Shown here: positions 62,721 to 64,000 of the stretch, piece after piece
Numbering within the stretch: position 1 is the first letter of the stretch
How the letters are laid out: every line of letters starts with the position of its first letter
Assembly (NCBI GenBank): GCA_001179505.1
Contig: CDMY01000448.1
Coordinates: forward strand, 10,692 to 74,691
DNA length: 64,000 nt
From: Vitrella brassicaformis CCMP3155
Lineage: Eukaryota > Protista > Chromerida
Direction of reading: 5' to 3'
Program-made: the position numbers and the translations under genes
Notes under the pieces: model-generated
What the model saw: the letters and a program-made list of their open reading frames with translations, nothing else
Databases searched by the model: none
Told to the model about the DNA's origin: nothing

Positions 62721-64000
62721 CAGAAAGAGAAAGAGCGAGGTGATTCATTCGCGAGCCGGGTGGTGTTGTCTGGTCTGATCGGTGTGTGTTCTTGCTTGTC
62801 GTGTGTGTGTGACCGATCAGATCTTGGGGAGCCTGCAGTTGTGCAAGGGCTACTCATGCGGCGATGGGTGGCGGTGTGTGCATAGTGAAGTTCAACCAGC
62901 CTGAGCGTGTGTGCGCGGCCAAGTACGTCCGTCCGCCGCGCATCGACTCGACGGGCAAATGCATTCGTCAAGAGATCGAAGTAAGTGCGACGAGGGAGAA
63001 GACCACACACACACATACGTATGGACAGATGCCACTCAATTGCATGTGCACTGACGGCTGCTCCCTCTGTCTTTGGTGCAGGCTTTTCCTGAAATAAATC
63101 AGTGAATGATGACTGACATGACGACGATAGTCAGCTCGATCAGCTGTATTTATTGCCTTTAATTCTCTCGGCCGTAGTCCGGCCCGTTTGCATTGGTCCA
63201 GCTGTGTTTGCGGACTGTGAGTGTGCGGCCGGTGTGGTCTTCATTCATTCATTCATTCGCGCACACACATTAATTGCGGTGGACAGACAGGCCAGTCAGT
63301 CAGTCGTGACGCATGTCTGTCCCTTCCTTGCCTGTGGATCGATGGGTCGTGTGTTTGTTTGATACATACGTGTGAATAGAGTAAGTGCATGGGTCTGTCG
63401 ATCTGTGACCTTGATGGAGAGAGAGGGCAATTAAGGGTCCATGTGGTGTGCACAGATCGAAGGGATTGCGTGTTTGTTGCATGAGTGGTGGACTGACTGT
63501 GAGTGAAGACCTAACTTAGTCTCTTCTTTGCCAGAAGGTTGTATGTACTGTATGTGCAGCAGATCGATGGGAGGCGGGATCACGGCGCCATTGGGGTGGC
63601 TGACGACCACTACACAGCAGGGACAAAGACAACGCCATCCTTGCACTGCAACTTCACTGCGGCACGAAGACGCGACGCGCCAGAATCAGATGCGGGCTGC
63701 AAGGGCGGGCTGTCTGTGGGCAGACGTCACAATGGACAGCAATGGACAGCTTGAGGACAATGATGGAAAGGAGAGGGGAGGTTGCCAATGTCAGGATTGC
63801 CAGCTTGGCAAGACGAACCACTGCGAGCTTGTGAGCTAGGGTAGATTGCTGTGTAACGGAGAGAGAGAGGAGAAGACAAGGAAAGACAAGGAAAGCATTC
63901 TGAGGAGACACGATCTTATCAGCCATCACCGAAGTGAGATCTGTGTTGACCACCCTTCATGGTGCCATACATGGACAGAAACAACTTTGACTGACTGGCC

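Noticed and set aside
62864-63010. Possible exon VKFNQPERVCAAKYVRPPRIDSTGKCIRQEIE followed by a GTAAGT donor
   Set aside because: It is too short and has no recognisable family or partner exons. It also contains micro-duplications (CGTCCGTC, TCGACTCGAC), so it may be another decayed fragment, but that cannot be supported.

Overview
Intron-rich, GC-rich eukaryotic genomic DNA with microsatellite-filled spliceosomal introns and three 300-N scaffold gaps. Gene content and style point to a chromerid/apicomplexan-related alveolate, probably Vitrella-like (inference). That content includes beta-tubulin with the [14 protein letters not shown] segment, a 37-aa heptatricopeptide-repeat protein, CFAP45 and (GACA)n/(CA)n introns. 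I can support about 19 protein-coding genes. Recognisable ones: CFAP45, an RluA-type pseudouridine synthase, a MYND-finger protein, a HAD-like protein, an HPR/RAP-like protein, SPC25, a C2/MCTP-like membrane protein, beta-tubulin, an MFS transporter, RINT1/Tip20, a TLDc protein and ASNSD1. There are also pseudogenic duplicates and a three-copy dispersed repeat. Most interesting observations: (1) introns carrying mutually complementary microsatellites at their two ends; (2) a germin/cupin pseudogene destroyed by many 4-5-bp tandem micro-duplications; (3) a SHI/STY- or DUS1-type Cys motif spliced in-frame into ASNSD1; (4) an RPEL-like motif at the N-terminus of RINT1; (5) an RluA homologue with HRLA in place of catalytic HRLD; (6) an intron bounded by a 15-bp direct repeat; (7) nearly all genes arranged as close head-to-head pairs. 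Exon boundaries were inferred by eye from GT/GC-AG sites and reading-frame continuity. No database searches were run.
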